Below, in pieces: positions 40,216 to 53,604 of a DNA stretch of 64,000 bases. The translations under genes and the position numbers were made by a program. Within the stretch, counting starts at the first letter, position 1. Every line of letters begins with the position of its first letter. The notes under the pieces were generated by a model. That model made no database searches and was not told where the DNA came from. It saw only the letters and a list, made by a program, of their open reading frames with translations. Location of the stretch: the NCBI GenBank assembly GCA_964016885.1, contig OZ024743.1:115940001-116004000 (forward strand). Reading direction: 5' to 3'. The stretch comes from Eledone cirrhosa. Lineage: Eukaryota.

Positions 40216-41672
40216 ACCAGATTTTATTAAACAATTAAAAGAAAAATCAGACTCTTTTATGAGAAGAATCAGGTGGCGTGCTTTCCACTTTCATAAATCT
40301 AATCTAAATGAAAATGTTTCAGATTTGGATAAAATTTTCAAATCTGAAAAAAAATACACCCCCCAACAAACTACTAATGGATTTTGTAAACGATATAATT
40401 TCTATCATCCAAGGCATCAAATTCAAGAGAAACTTCAAAGGCCAGGACTTTTTAAGATGCATTAAGGATAATATTGAAAGCTTGGAAAAAACAGAGCAGA
40501 TCTTAGTGAAATCGGACAAAACTAATAACCTTTATGGAGTGCAAAAGGACATATATAACGGCCTTATATTGAAAGAACTAAGGAAAAAGTACAAGGTAGC
40601 AAGTAAGGACGAACTGGAAAAAATGAATACAGAGGCATCTTGTATAATGCATGAATTAGACATTGAGAATAAAACACAACCATTCATGCCTAGGAAACCC
40701 AAGAGCAATATGAAAGATCACAAAAGGAACTTTGAAAATGATTTGCCAGTCAGATTGATTGCACCATCAAAATCTGACCTGGGAAAACTTAGCAAAAACA
40801 TTCTAGACAGGGTAATAAAACAAATTAAAAACTTACATAATTTACCTTGCTTAAAGTTATGGAAGGGGACTGGTGAGGTTATTGAGTGGTTTAAAGAAAT
40901 TAAATATAACTATAATAATAAGTTTATTCAGCTTGATATTGCTAACTGCTATTCATCTATCACTCCTAATCTACTGAATAAGGCACTAAATTGCGCATTT
41001 AAACATACCGACCTAACTAGCAATGAAATGCACATTATATTATCGGCAAGGAAAACATTGATAGAATTTAATAACCAACTATGGACTAGGGCAGATAGAG
41101 ATAATAATTTCGACATAACTATGGGATCATCTGACTCAGCTCAGGTAACGGACCTTGTGGGCCTATTTATAATTAATTCACTACATAGAAAAATACCAGG
41201 TGTAACCGGAGGATTATATCGTGATGACATGCTTTTATTTATTGAAAATAATAGCTGTGAACTAAATAGAAAAAGAAAACAAATTATACAATTTTTGAAT
41301 TACCTTAATCTAAAAATAGAAATAGAGAATAACCATAGAATAGTCAATTTTCTGGATGTAACACTAAATCTCAACACATGTCTTCACTATCCATTTCACA
41401 AACTAAATGAGAACTTGAATTATGTCAATTTTAACTCTAATCAGCCCAGATCTGTTAAAAATACTATAGTGAACTCTGTTCAAGAACGAATTTCAAGAAT
41501 TTCATCTAATAAAAATATTTTTGATGAAAAAGCGCAGTATTACAACGAAGCGTTAGCTAGAGCAGGATATAGAGATAAAATTAAATACATCGATAATAAT
41601 AAGCAAACTAACCAAAATAATAACAATTTTAATTACGGTAACAACTTTAACAACTATAATAGAAAACATTAA
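40216..41672 (+). pseudogene. PLE reverse transcriptase, 5'-truncated, frameshift near 40350
   Basis: FMRRIRWRA, KSDKT, KDHK..F...VRLIAPSKSDLGK, FIQLDIANCYSSI, MGSSDSAQVTDLVG, GLYRDD, FLDV. Confidence 0.88.
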
Positions 41673-41716
41673 AATAATTCCAAAAGCCGAAAAAGAAATA
41701 GAACTAGAAATATATT

Positions 41717-42391
41717 ATGGTTTGCCCCCCCCCCCCTTTCTCACTAAATATTAAAACCCATATTGCTAAACTATTCTTTAATGCTCTTGACAAACGCTTC
41801 CCTAGAACACATAAATATCACTCAATATTTAATAGACACACTATAAAATTAACTTATTCGTCCACCAAAAATTTAGCACAAAATATTAACAGAATTAATA
41901 ATAGGAATTTAAAACCTAACCAAAATACCAATAATAACCCAAACAATATTCAATTAAATAACAGTAACTGTAGAAATAAATCTAACTGTCCGTTAAATAA
42001 CAACTGCTTAGCTAAAAATGTAGTGTACAATTGTAATGTTAAAACTAATTTAAATTCTTTCAACTATGTTGGTTCCACCTCGACAGAATTTAAAATTCGC
42101 TTCAATAATCATAAGATTTCTTTCACAGAACCAAACAAAAAATCCTCAACTTCGCTATCTAGCCTACTCTGGCACCTTAAACGAGATAATGTTAAATATT
42201 CGATGATTTGGAATATTGTCTCAAAAGGTATTCCTTTTAATTCCTCATCAGAGAGTTGCGATCTTTGTATAGAAGAAATATTCTTTATATTAAAGTCCAA
42301 AAATTCCCTTAATTTAAGGAGCAATGTATTCAGTTGCTGCAGACATAGATTGAACTCAACGTTTAAATATAAATATAAATTTAAAATGTAG
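41717..42391 (+). pseudogene. PLE linker and GIY-YIG endonuclease
   Basis: HSIFNRHTIKLTYS, NCRNKSNCPLNNNCL, VVY..YVGST..FKIRFNNH, CDLCIEE, CRH; frameshift at the poly-C run near 41725. Confidence 0.88.
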
Positions 42392-43824
42392 TATAATTAA
42401 TTAAGAAATTTAGTTAATATATGAAACCTGACGATAAATCATTAGATTCCTTCACCTTTTTCTTTTTAAACTTTCTTCATAAATATAAACAAGGATATAA
42501 TAAACTACTCTAAAATGTATATGCTCCCAATGTATTAAATAAAATTTACGTAAGATAAATTTCTATACTAAATATAAGGGCATCCGTAGAATCACTGGGT
42601 CTTCTAAATCTTTTAAATTATTTTTATTTTTTTATTTGTTTTTTGCCTCTGATAGCTTCTAATAACTTTCATATGTCTACCCTTGCAATATCTTGTTTGA
42701 GATATAGGTAGGATAGATTTCTATAAATATATAAAACATATTATTTTAACTTGAGATACTCTATAGTGTGTTAAAGATATTTAATGCTTTGATATTTCTG
42801 TATTAATATATTGATATTTTATTATCTCTATACAAAGGCCATTTGTGTGTATTAACATGCATATACGAGGTTTATAGAGTTTATTTATGTGTTCGTATAT
42901 ATGTCTGTATATATGCATAACGATGCTGGAAAACTCACGCAGATATTTATTTATACATATGTGTGTGTATGTATGGTTGTATGTGTATATGTTGATGTGT
43001 GTTGTAGATATGCATAATATTAAATACATGAACGGTATTCATGTATATGAGGACATGAATATTAATCGTATTTTTATGTATATATACTGTGAAATTTTTA
43101 TAACACAAGAAATGTATAGAAGTGATCAAGTGAAATCATTTGTATGTCTATATTATTGACTGGAGTAGACATAATTTTTCTCTTTTTTCTGAACGTACAT
43201 ATGCGTGTATATATATATACATATGTGTATCCGTATTTTTATAAATAGGTATTTTTTGAAGGTTTTAACTCAGATTTTGGTATATTGACCTCAAGGTTTT
43301 AAACTAAACATATGGTCATTATTGAACAATGTTATTTTCTCATATTATATATCTATGTCTCAATCATGAATATTGATATTTACATTTTTATTATTCATTT
43401 CATATGAATTGTTAATTCAACTTAATATGACATGACGTAAAGTTGTCACTATATCCTCCTCTCTCTATATACTACTTCCTCTCTCTTGAGTTTTTCTATA
43501 TGTATGAGGAATTATTATCTCTCTGTTGCTTTCTTTTGTCTTTCTTATTTCTTTCTTTTTTCTTTTTTTTTTCTTTTTCATTTCCTCCTATCTATTTTTA
43601 TATATGTCTTTCTTTTCTGCATACATTCCTTTTCTCTCTCTCCTTTTTTTTCTCTCTCCTTCTCTCTCTCCGTTTTTTCTTTCTCTCCGTCTTTTTTCTA
43701 ACTGTGCTTAACACTATAACTAATAAAATAATTATAAACATCTCACTATCCAGACAGCTTCCAAAAATAATGGTCGCATCTAATAGGGTACGTCAAAATT
43801 ATTTATAAAACTGTTTATATATTG

Positions 43825-43889
43825 TATTTTGTCTGATGAAGGCATACCATATTTTAATTTGGTATCCCTGAAATATGTATAATGAAATA
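43825..43889 (+). ncRNA. Type I hammerhead ribozyme in the PLE 3' end
   Basis: tattttgt-CTGATGA-agg c atacca...tggtat c cct-GAAA-tatgt-ATA-atgaaata. Confidence 0.8.
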
Positions 43890-44017
43890 AATATGGTTTT
43901 ATAAATATAGTTTCCATTTATTTAATATCGTATATCTACTCCAAAAACTTATCGAGTGCTTTATATCAGTTATAAAATATTTACTTGTTGTATCCCAACA
44001 ATTTTAAATAGAACCTT

Positions 44018-44121
<104 letters not shown>

Positions 44122-44180
44122 TATATATATTTATACATACATATATTTATACACACACACATACACACATATATATATAT

Positions 44181-44500
44181 TAGAAAAGGGAAGTAAGATT
44201 CCATATAAAACCGGTTATAGAGAAAAAACGGTGAAGTTGGAAATAACACGGTAAATATATTTTAGGGTGTGTTTTCCTTTTTTTTTCCTTTCTTTGATTG
44301 GTCAAACCCACAGTATTTAAAAAATGATAGGGACAATTCTTTTAAAAAAGACTTTTATAATGCATATATACATCATAAATCTCTCCTTTAAAAGAATTAT
44401 CACTCTCATTTTTTCAATACTGTCACTTTGACGAATCAAAGAAAGGAAAAAAGAGAAAAACACCTTAAAATATATTTTCCGTGCTATTTCCAATTTCACA
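44181..44500. mobile_element. Diverged foldback element related to the PLE 3' terminus at 3905-3980
   Basis: Arms ~44231-44360 and ~44372-44500; ggttatagagaaaa...gttgg.aat..cac is shared with 3934-3970. Confidence 0.55.
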
Positions 44501-44515
44501 TTATATCTCTCTCTC

Positions 44516-44585
<70 letters not shown>

Positions 44586-44593
44586 TCTCTCTG

Positions 44594-44684
<91 letters not shown>

Positions 44685-44697
44685 TTCAATCACTCTC

Positions 44698-44734
<37 letters not shown>

Positions 44735-45088
44735 GTGTGTGAAGATATATATATATATATAACATATATAAACCTCACTTTCTAAGATAAGCAACCGCTC
44801 TGTATAATCAGTTCCTGATTATATACTAGAATTCTATAAGAATATAACATCAGTGATCTCAGTAGACAGGAGGGAGTAGTTAGCCTTGATAAGCATTAAA
44901 AAAATGCGAAATAAGGCCTTGTCGGCTTATCTCCCCTTGTTTGCTGAGATTAAAGTAAGTGAGTTTGTCACTACTCTAAAATAATAGCATACGGCCTTCA
45001 AAATGATTTTAATTAATCATAAAGTGTATTGTAAAATACATTATATATACATTCATATATATATTGCTATTTCAGAGCTCCAATTCTA

Positions 45089-45140
<52 letters not shown>

Positions 45141-45145
<5 letters not shown>

Positions 45146-46136
45146 GGTATCCACTGTAAGTTGTGGGGTCTATTCTGCATGAAGAACTCGATGTAATCCA
45201 TATGTTGAAAATGTTGTAGGTTAAGATAAATCTTAGAAAACAATAAAACATTAAAAGGAAAACAGTGTCATGATATAAGTTAAAACAATGAAATAAAAAA
45301 TCAAGTCATTAGAGATATACTTCACTGCTTTACGATCGTTTCTAGATGGTGATAATACATTGTATCTATACTCAGTTATTGATCTATGTAAGTTTACAAA
45401 CTATCAGATAGAGAGAATATTTACTTACATGCATATCACCAGCTGTTTTCAAAAGCAATAATAATTTTATTCAATAATAATTTTACTCAGAATTAGTAGC
45501 ATATTAGTATCATGTACTTATTTGGAGGTTGTTGAAGAACTAACGAATCAAATTGTTTTTTTCATATGGTGTTAAGATGAAAAGTAATACACTTTAGTTG
45601 AGGTCATGACCCTTTGAAAGGAATGGTTGAAGGGTGTTAGGAGGGTTTGCATAAATAATCTATTAGGAACGGGATTGTCAAATTGATAGTATCTGGTATA
45701 GTGAATTTAAAAGGAATGTCAAAATAAATGGTGATTAGTGTTGTATTGAGTTTTGACGTGAATATAAATTACTGTTATGGCTAGGAAAGATAGTATATAA
45801 ACTAAAGTGTATTACTAAAGTGTATTACTAAAGTGTATTACACCATATGATAAAAACAATTTGATTCGCTAGTTCTTCAACTACCTCCAAATAAGGACAA
45901 TATACTAATATGCTACTAACTCTGAGTAAAATTATTATTGAATAAAATTATTATTGCTTTTGAAAACAGCTGGTGATATGCATGTAAGTAAATATTCTCT
46001 CGATCTGAGAGTTTGTAAACTTACATAGATCATAGATCAATAACTGAGTATAAATACAATGTATCACCATCTAGAAATGATGTTAAAGCAGTGAAGTATG
46101 TCTTTAATGACTCGATTTTTTATTTCATTATTTTAA

Positions 46137-46142
<6 letters not shown>
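45141..46142 (-). mobile_element. PLE 3'-end-derived element (family H) with inverted arm
   Basis: ~45272-45598 pairs with ~45800-46142. Homologous to 56590-56945. (TA)n flanks. Confidence 0.8.
45324..45459 (-). ncRNA. Hammerhead (family H, U3:A8, long stem II insert); decayed mirror at 45953-46092
   Basis: Reverse complement reads attgctt-TTGAAAA-c agctggtgat...atcaccatct a-GAAAC-gatc-GTA-aagcagt. Confidence 0.75.
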
Positions 46143-46189
<47 letters not shown>

Positions 46190-46313
46190 GTGAGGTTTTT
46201 TTTACAAAATGAAAAAAAAAAGAGGTGTCATACACGAGTGAAAGTATAAGGAAAAGACAGGAAATCGAAAATGCAACTGGAGTCTTTTTTTTTTAATATA
46301 TATTTATTTGGTT

Positions 46314-46353
46314 TCTTTACGACTTTCGCAATTCTTTTGCTTTTCAAAAGTAG
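46314..46353 (-). ncRNA. Hammerhead-like motif, U3:A8, imperfect stem III
   Basis: Reverse complement reads ctactt-TTGAAAA-gcaa aagaa ttgc-GAAA-gtc-GTA-aag. Confidence 0.45.
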
Positions 46354-46459
46354 AATTGAGATGGAGAATTTCTGGTTTTTCTTACAACTGGTTGGTCTTT
46401 GAATTTTACTTCTGTTTTATATGGAAAAAGTGGCTCGAAATGCTAGGTTTTTAGAGAAG

Positions 46460-46775
46460 TAATTTGGTTGGTGAATAAGTATAATAAATTTCGCGCCAGT
46501 TCGCGTTACAAAGTTCTTATTATATTTGCCTTTAAAAAGGGGGGGGGGCTGAGGTTGTTTTTTTCATATATGAGTGAAGTTTGGTTGGTTGATGCAGTCA
46601 CGTGATTAAGCACATCAACTTTCGCGCCAGTTTGTGTTTGAATTTCTTTTTACTAAAACAAAAGTGGCCACGAAGGCTTTTTTTTTTATATAAATGTAAT
46701 TTGATTGGTTATAAATGAAATTATGACTGTCACGTGAACAAGTACATTAAAATTCGGGCCCGTATTTTGGAATTT
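46460..46775. repeat. Three degenerate ~120-bp tandem units
   Basis: The pattern tttg(g/a)ttggtt...tttcgcgcc recurs at ~46463, ~46580 and ~46699. Confidence 0.55.
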
Positions 46776-46846
46776 TTTGTAGCCACAAAAAGCGAAACTT
46801 CTGAGTAACACGACTCCCTATTTAGCCTTAATAAATGATTATATAC

Positions 46847-46877
<31 letters not shown>

Positions 46878-46879
46878 TA

Positions 46880-47122
46880 CACAGATAAATCTACCAATCA
46901 ATGGTAGGGTCTAACCCGTATGAAGAACTCAATGTAATCCGTATGTAGAAGATGTCGTGAAGCAAAGTTTAAAATACAAATGTTCAACGATATAATTCAT
47001 TGGATACATAGTCAAAAATAGAAATATTAAAACAATGAAATTAACAAAAAACGGTTCATAAAATGATGAGTTTTACTATGAATTAACCGTTTTTTGTTTA
47101 ATTTCATTGTTTTAATATTTCT
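46880..47122. mobile_element. Mini foldback derived from the 3' end of the 51515-54436 PLE family
   Basis: 46880-47060 is the reverse complement of ~54258-54436. 47061-47122 matches 54243-54304. Confidence 0.75.
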
Positions 47123-47139
47123 CTCTCTATATATATATA

Positions 47140-50100
47140 TTTATATGAAACCTTGGACCGGAACAAAAACAGAGAGGCAGTACAAATAACAGTTTATTAG
47201 GTTCCGCTCTTGAGAGAGGGGGGGGGTTCGGGCATAAGACCTTCATCGGGAGAAAAGTGGGTAGGAAGAGAGTGGGTAGGAAGGGTGTGTGGGGGAGTGG
47301 TGGAGAGACATTTAGAAAAAAGTGGGGCAGAGAAAAACCGGTGGAAGGAGTACAAATAAAAATAAAAATTAACATAAAGATAAACAAGTGGTGGAAGGGT
47401 TTGAGGCGTGTAGCGGTGGTGGCAGGTGGGGTGGGGAGAGGGAGGCTGGGGGTTCGAGCCGGGAGGACTGAAGGTGGTGTTTGTGTATATGTGTGTGCGT
47501 GTGTATGTGAATGCGAGAGTTGGGGGAAGAACAAGGTTCCATGTTCAGGAAAAGATGTGTGCGTGGCTTGGGCGTGTAAGTCGGTGTGTGCGTGCGTGTG
47601 GATGGGGAGGGGTGGGGTTGGGTGGCGTGCAGATTCCGGAGGCTGAGTGTGTATATGTGGGGTTACGCACGTGTGTGTTGGTGTTTATATGTGGTGTGGA
47701 TGTGTGTGGCGAGGTTCTAAAAAAAATTGTGAGTGTATGTCCGTGGGTAAGTTCCTAAGGTAGTTCTGTGGAATGTGCGATGAGAGGGCTGGATATTTTT
47801 CATGTTACAGAGTGGATAGCTGGAACGATGGCCGGTGTTGTGAAATCCGTAGGTTGTGGTGGTCGGAAGTGGAAAGAGGTAGGGTGCACGCGCAACAGGA
47901 AGTGGTCAGAGGGTCAAAGCAGGATGAAGTGATAGCAGTAGAGGAGAATGACAGGTGGAGAAATGGTCAGTGTGTGGTGAGTACTGTGTATCTGTGTGTG
48001 AGGAGGTGCGGTGGACAGGGGAGAGGCTGGGTAGGTGTGAAAGGTGGAGGGGGAGGTGGTCATGTGGGGGATGGGGTATGTATTAGTAGATGTGTTAGTG
48101 GGATGTGTGTGTGTTAAGGGGTGTTGGTGGAGCGGGGAGAGGGAGAGGGAGATAAAAGGTGTTGGGGACGGAGGAGGGAGTGTATTGTACTGGTGAGTGT
48201 GTGCGTGTTTGAATGAGTGTGTGTGTGACAAAGGAGGTGTTAGTATACTGGTGGTGGGGAAAGGGTGGATGCGGGTGTGTAAATGGTGGTTAGTGGTGGT
48301 TTGGTGTGTGTGGAGTGGGTGGTGTATGTAGGAGTGGTGGTGTGTGTGTGAAGGTGTGTGTTCGTGTGCGTGGGGTCGGAGTGATGTTAGTGATATTAGT
48401 TGTGGGGTGGTGGGAGTGGATGTGTGAGTGAGGGTTAGTGGTGGTAGTATGGTGTGTGGATAGTGTGAGTGCGTGCATATATGTACAGGCGGGTGTGTGC
48501 GAGATAGGGGGAGAAGTGAGGATGTTAGTATTGTTGGTTGTGGGAGGGGGATAAGGGGGTGAGGCGGTTAGAGTGTGTTAGTGATGTTAGTGGTGGATGG
48601 GTGTGTGTGGGGAGAAAACATGGCGGTCGAAGGCTAAAGGAATAGGGGTGGGGAGTTCAGGCCGGGGGGGGGGGGTCTGTAGGGTGAAGGTGGTGCATTG
48701 TTCGAGCATGAGGCGGGTGGCGGGTGTTTCGTGGCATTGGAGTAGGCCACAGACTGTGAGGTGGTGGGCGGAATGTCCTGGGGAGCCAAAGTGGCGGGTG
48801 ACGCGGGAACTCCCGCCGAGATGAATATCCCGCAGGTGTTCAGTGAAACGGTCCGCCAGGCGACGTCCAGTCTCTCCGACGCAGATTGTGCTGCACGGAG
48901 TGCAGCGAAGTCCATAGATTAGGTTGACAGAAGGTGCAGCGGAAGGAGTGCCGGACACAGAGAGAGTGGTCGTTGGGTCCCTGGAAGGTGGTGGTGTTGG
49001 TCATGTGGGGGCAGGTGTGGAAACGAGGCCTGGAGCAGGGAAGCGAACCGGGGGGAAGAAGGGCGTGGGTTGGAGGTAGGGAGCTGCGGACGAGGAGGGT
49101 GCGGATATTGCGTGCTTGTTTGATGAGGAGAGGGGTGGGGATGATGTGGGAGGTGGAAGGGACGCACTAGAGGCGTCGGAGGAGGCGGAGGATGGTGCGG
49201 TGGAGGGGTAGCGTGGTGGGGTAGTGGGTGATGGGGAAGGGGAGACGGTGCGTGGCTGATGAGGAAGGGGAGACGGTGCGTGGGTGTGCGGTGGCGCGGG
49301 CTGAGGGCGGTGGACCGGCGGACAGTACGGGTGCAAATGAGGGTGGTGTGAACGAGGGAGGGGGGAAACCTCGCCTCTGACTAGGGAAAGGGCCTGGGGC
49401 TCAAAGTCAGCATCTCGGCTGCAGAGGCGGCGGATCCGGGGGAGTTGGGTGTAGGGAATAGAGTGTTTTGTGTGTGTTGGGTGGAAGGAGGTGAAGTCTA
49501 GGTAGGAGTGGGGTCGGTGGGTTTGGAGAAGGCGGAGGTGACGAGGCAGCGGTGGGAGGGGTTGATGGCGACGGAGATGTCTAAGAAGTGGACGTGGGTG
49601 GTGGAGATAGAGGTGGTGAAGTGGAGGGAGGTGTAGAATGAGAAGAAGAAGGAGAGAAAGGAGTCGAACTATGCTCGGGCGAGGATCATGACTCCGATAC
49701 AGTCGTCGATGTAATGACCGTACAGTTCGGGCCTGGAGCCGGTGTACTGGGCAAAGATTTGGGCCTCAACATGGCCAACAAAAATGTTGGCATAGTTTGG
49801 GCCTAATCTTGTGCCCATGGCTACCCCCATGACCTGTTGGTAAAACTCAACCGAGAAGGAAAAGGAGTAGAGGTTGAGGACCAGCTTGGCGAGGCGAATG
49901 AGGGGGAGGATGGAGGGGAGGGGGAGGGACGAAGGTCGAGGTAGTGCCTGAGAGCACTTAGACCGTCGGCGTAGTGGATGACAGTATAGAGGGACTTGAT
50001 ATATAGGGTGAAGGGGAGTGGGTGTGGGCCTGGTGGGAAAGTGAAGGAGTCGAACAGGCGAAGGGTGTGATTGGTGTCGGAGATGTGAGTGGGGAGGGTC

Positions 50101-50232
50101 GTGACGAGGGGGGGGGCGAGGATGGAGTCGAGAAAGGCGGAGATGATTTCGGTGGTGCAGTTGCAAGCGGAGACGATGGGGCGGCCGGAATTGTCGGGTT
50201 CGTGGAGTTTGGGGAGGAAGTAGATAGTATTA
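47140..50232 (-). mobile_element. Decayed, 5'-truncated, GC-rich Penelope-like element (Neptune-like)
   Basis: RT fragments YFLPKLH...RPIVS, KSLYTVI, QVMGVAMGTRLGPNYANIF, YIDD; endonuclease fragment NLIYGLRC..C...VGETGRRLADRFTEH; HHR remnant at ~47205-47253. Confidence 0.88.
48587..50232 (-). pseudogene. PLE RT and GIY-YIG, multiple frameshifts
   Basis: ORF fragments 49821-50261, 49669-50166 and 48587-48958. Confidence 0.85.
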
Positions 50233-50239
50233 TATTGGT

Positions 50240-50395
50240 CTAACGCCATGCTTTGCAGCAAAGTGTTACAGCCTTTTATGGTTTGAGTTCAAATCTCGCC
50301 GAGCTTAACTTTGCCGTTCCCCCTTACGGGATCGATAAAATAAAGTAGCAGTAACACACTGGGACAATAGTTGTGACAAAAGAATAAACAATTAT
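50240..50395 (+). mobile_element. SINE copy lacking its head
   Basis: acgccatgctttgcagc...gagttcaaatctcgccgag...cttacgggatcgataaaataaagtagcag. Confidence 0.8.
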
Positions 50396-50412
50396 AAATA
50401 TATATATATATA

Positions 50413-51512
50413 AGAAACACACGTACCAGTTGCTTTCACTTCAATTTATTATAATAAATTTATAAATTTAGGAATTTATAAATTTCCAGTTGGTTGGTTG
50501 GTTCCACAACCAGATGATTGTTTATATATTGTCAAAGTTCTTTCGTCACACATTATGTGACCTCTTCAGTGACTAGGGATTATTTTCTTTGTTTTTGTGC
50601 CTCTTCTTTGTTCTGTCGTACGTCATCTTGTTTTTGTGTGTGTGTTGTGTGATTAGTTTGCGCATGTGTTACATCCGGATGTCTGTGTGTGATTATATTC
50701 GTTTATTTATTTGTTTATTTATATGTTACTGGTTAGTTGTTTGTTCTATGTGTGTGTGTTTTCATTTTGTCCTTAATTGTAAGTTGTGATGTTGCTGTTC
50801 CATTCATGTTTTCTATTTAATTTTGGTTGGAGTTCATTTATGTTTATTGCCTCTATGATTTGTCTAAACATTGCGTCTTTTCTGTGTGTAGATTCTATTT
50901 TTATTTCTATGTTCTCTAATTTACCCTTATGTTCTATTTTAGCATGTTAGTAGAGTACAGATGATTCTTTACTCTCTTGAAGGTCTCGCCAGTGTTCATT
51001 TATAGTTCATGAATCATCTCTAATCTACCAACATGCTAAAATAGAACATAAGGGTAAATAGAAATAAAAATAGAATCTACACACAGAAAAGAACTCCAAA
51101 CAAAATTAAATAGAAAACATGAATGGAACAGCAACATCACAACTTACAATTAAGGACAAAATTAAAACAGACACGCACATAGAACAAACAACCAACCATA
51201 ATATGTAAATAAACAAATAAATAAACGAATATAAACACACACAGACACCCGGATGTTACACATGCGCAAACTAAGCACACAACACACACACAAAACAAGA
51301 TGGCGTAGGACAGAACAAAGGAGAGGCACAAAAACAAAGAAAATAATCCCCAGTCACTGAAGAGGTCACAGAATGTGTGACGAAAGAACTTTGACAATAT
51401 ATAAACAATCATCTGGTTGCGGAACGAATCAGCCAACCGGAAATTTATAAATTCCTAAATTTATAAATTTATTATAATAAATCTAAGTGAAACCACTGGT
51501 GCGTGTGTTTCC
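50413..51512. mobile_element. Non-coding foldback element (family I) with an HHR in each arm
   Basis: ~50413-50952 pairs with ~51025-51512, with internal deletions. Confidence 0.8.
51353..51395 (+). ncRNA. Hammerhead-like motif (family I); mirror at 50531-50573 on the minus strand
   Basis: gtca-CTGAAGA-g gtcaca gaatg tgtgac-GAAA-gaa-CTT-tgac. Confidence 0.55.
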
Positions 51513-53142
51513 TATTGGCAACATGACCCTCCCAAAGTATAACAATATCGGTTTCAACACACGTTTTCAGATAAAGAATCTTGCTAAACAAATTCAGAAA
51601 TGAAATATAAATATATATATATCAGCAATAAAAATCATATTAGGAAATTCCTCAAAAATTACTATAATCTTACGGTTACATTTGAAAATAGCACTAAAAT
51701 GGTCCATTTTCTCGACATCTCTTTAGACCTATGAACAGGCACTTACCAACCCTATCACAAACCCAACCCAAACCTCCATTATATACATTCACTATCTACC
51801 ACCCTAGTTCCATACTAAAACATCTAGTCTACAATATCTCACTCAGACTATCTAAATTATCATCTAGGAAGAAATATTATGTAAAAATGAACCTTATTAT
51901 AATGAGGATATAATTAGAAGTGGCTATAAAGATAACATATTTTACATACATAACACCATGAATACCCCTAACATACAGCCAACAATAAGCTACAAACACC
52001 GTAGAAAACACCAAAAAGTTAGTGCCATCAATGAAACACCGAAAAACCTAGATCCTACCATTACTCCCAATATCCACATTAACACGAAAGACACAAATTC
52101 TCTAAAAATCATCAATCCTAACGATCACGAATATTTCTATAACTTACCTAATATTATTACTACAAACCGTGCGAAAACACCTAACTCTACTACTCTTAAA
52201 AAAGCAGTTAATAATAACACCTTATTTCTTAATTCTCACAATAAAGCTAATGATATATCACCTATCTCATCGAACCTTCAATATAACCAAACTACACCCT
52301 TGTAATCTAAAAAAATAGAGAAACATATCCGCACTATATATAACAAGAATGATACCGAAATTCCAGGTCCTATCAATAATGCTCCATTAATAAAACTCAC
52401 AATATCCTCTACAAATCAAACAAAAAGCAATAAATCAAAAACGAATACAATTCAAAATTCTACTAAACAATTAGTTCACACCCATAATAATAATCACAAT
52501 ATTATAATTTCATCTGATAACAATATCTACCCTCAAACTTCTATACATACCCAATATAACAAGAGAAAACCTTTTAGAAACCATAAAAGAAATGTAACAT
52601 GGTATAACGCTCCATTCAACTTGCAAACTATGGGCCAAATCCCTAAAAGTTTCTTTTACAATTCTCGATAAGCATTTCCCACCTAACCACAAATACCATC
52701 AAATCTTAAACAGAAATACAGTAAAATTTTCTTACTCCACATCGAGCAATATACAACAAAAATAAGTGCATATAACATCTATAAATGTAAACAAGCTCCA
52801 TCTATACCACACAAAATAGCACACCACACACAAGATAACAATGGTAATACTACAACGCATAACCAGAATATTACTGCATACCCACCTGATAGATCTGCTC
52901 ACTCACCTCACCAGCACAATATAGCAGACTACAACCAACTACCATTTTCCTCATCCTTAATAGGGACTAAGATTTACATAGCCAATCTAACTAATAGCGT
53001 CCAAAACAACCATGACTCCATAAACGCTATATCATGTATAATTTCACCTACTAGCAACAATTCGGATTATAACCACCCTACCGTAAACCCTTCTCTCCTA
53101 AATAAAAAGGTAAACACAAATACTAGCACTATTATTGAGAAT

Positions 53143-53604
53143 ATGGATAGCACATCTGAAACCCTATATGCAAACGGTTGTAATTGTAGAATAAAAGATA
53201 ATTGCCCCTTAAATGGAAATTGCTTAATTAATAATATAGTATATAAATGTGTAATCACCACTAAAGACACTAATCAATCCGATATAGGATCCACTTCTAA
53301 TCCATTTAAATCGACATTTTATGCACACACCCACAGTTTCCGAAACACAAAATTAGCAAACACCACTTCTTTAGCAGAAGGAGTTAATAATTGTAAAAAG
53401 AAGAATATTAAATATAACATAACTTGGAAGATTCTTAAGAGAACTATTTCTTATCAGGGCAATAAAAGGGAGTGCGGACTATGTTCCCAGGAAATTTTTG
53501 AAATTACTAAATCGAAGGACACTCTATTAAATAAAAGACAAGAATTAATTTTAGTATGTAACCATAAAATTAGAAGGACATTCAAATATTATGAATACAA
53601 CTAA
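53143..53604 (+). pseudogene. GIY-YIG endonuclease domain
   Basis: CNCRIKDNCPLNGNCLINNIVYKC...IGSTSNPFK...CGLCSQE...LLNKRQE...CNH. Confidence 0.85.

Noticed and set aside
47205-47253. Functional HHR at the 3' end of the GC-rich PLE
   Set aside because: The core has decayed (CCGATGA; GAAC followed by poly-C), so it is a remnant only
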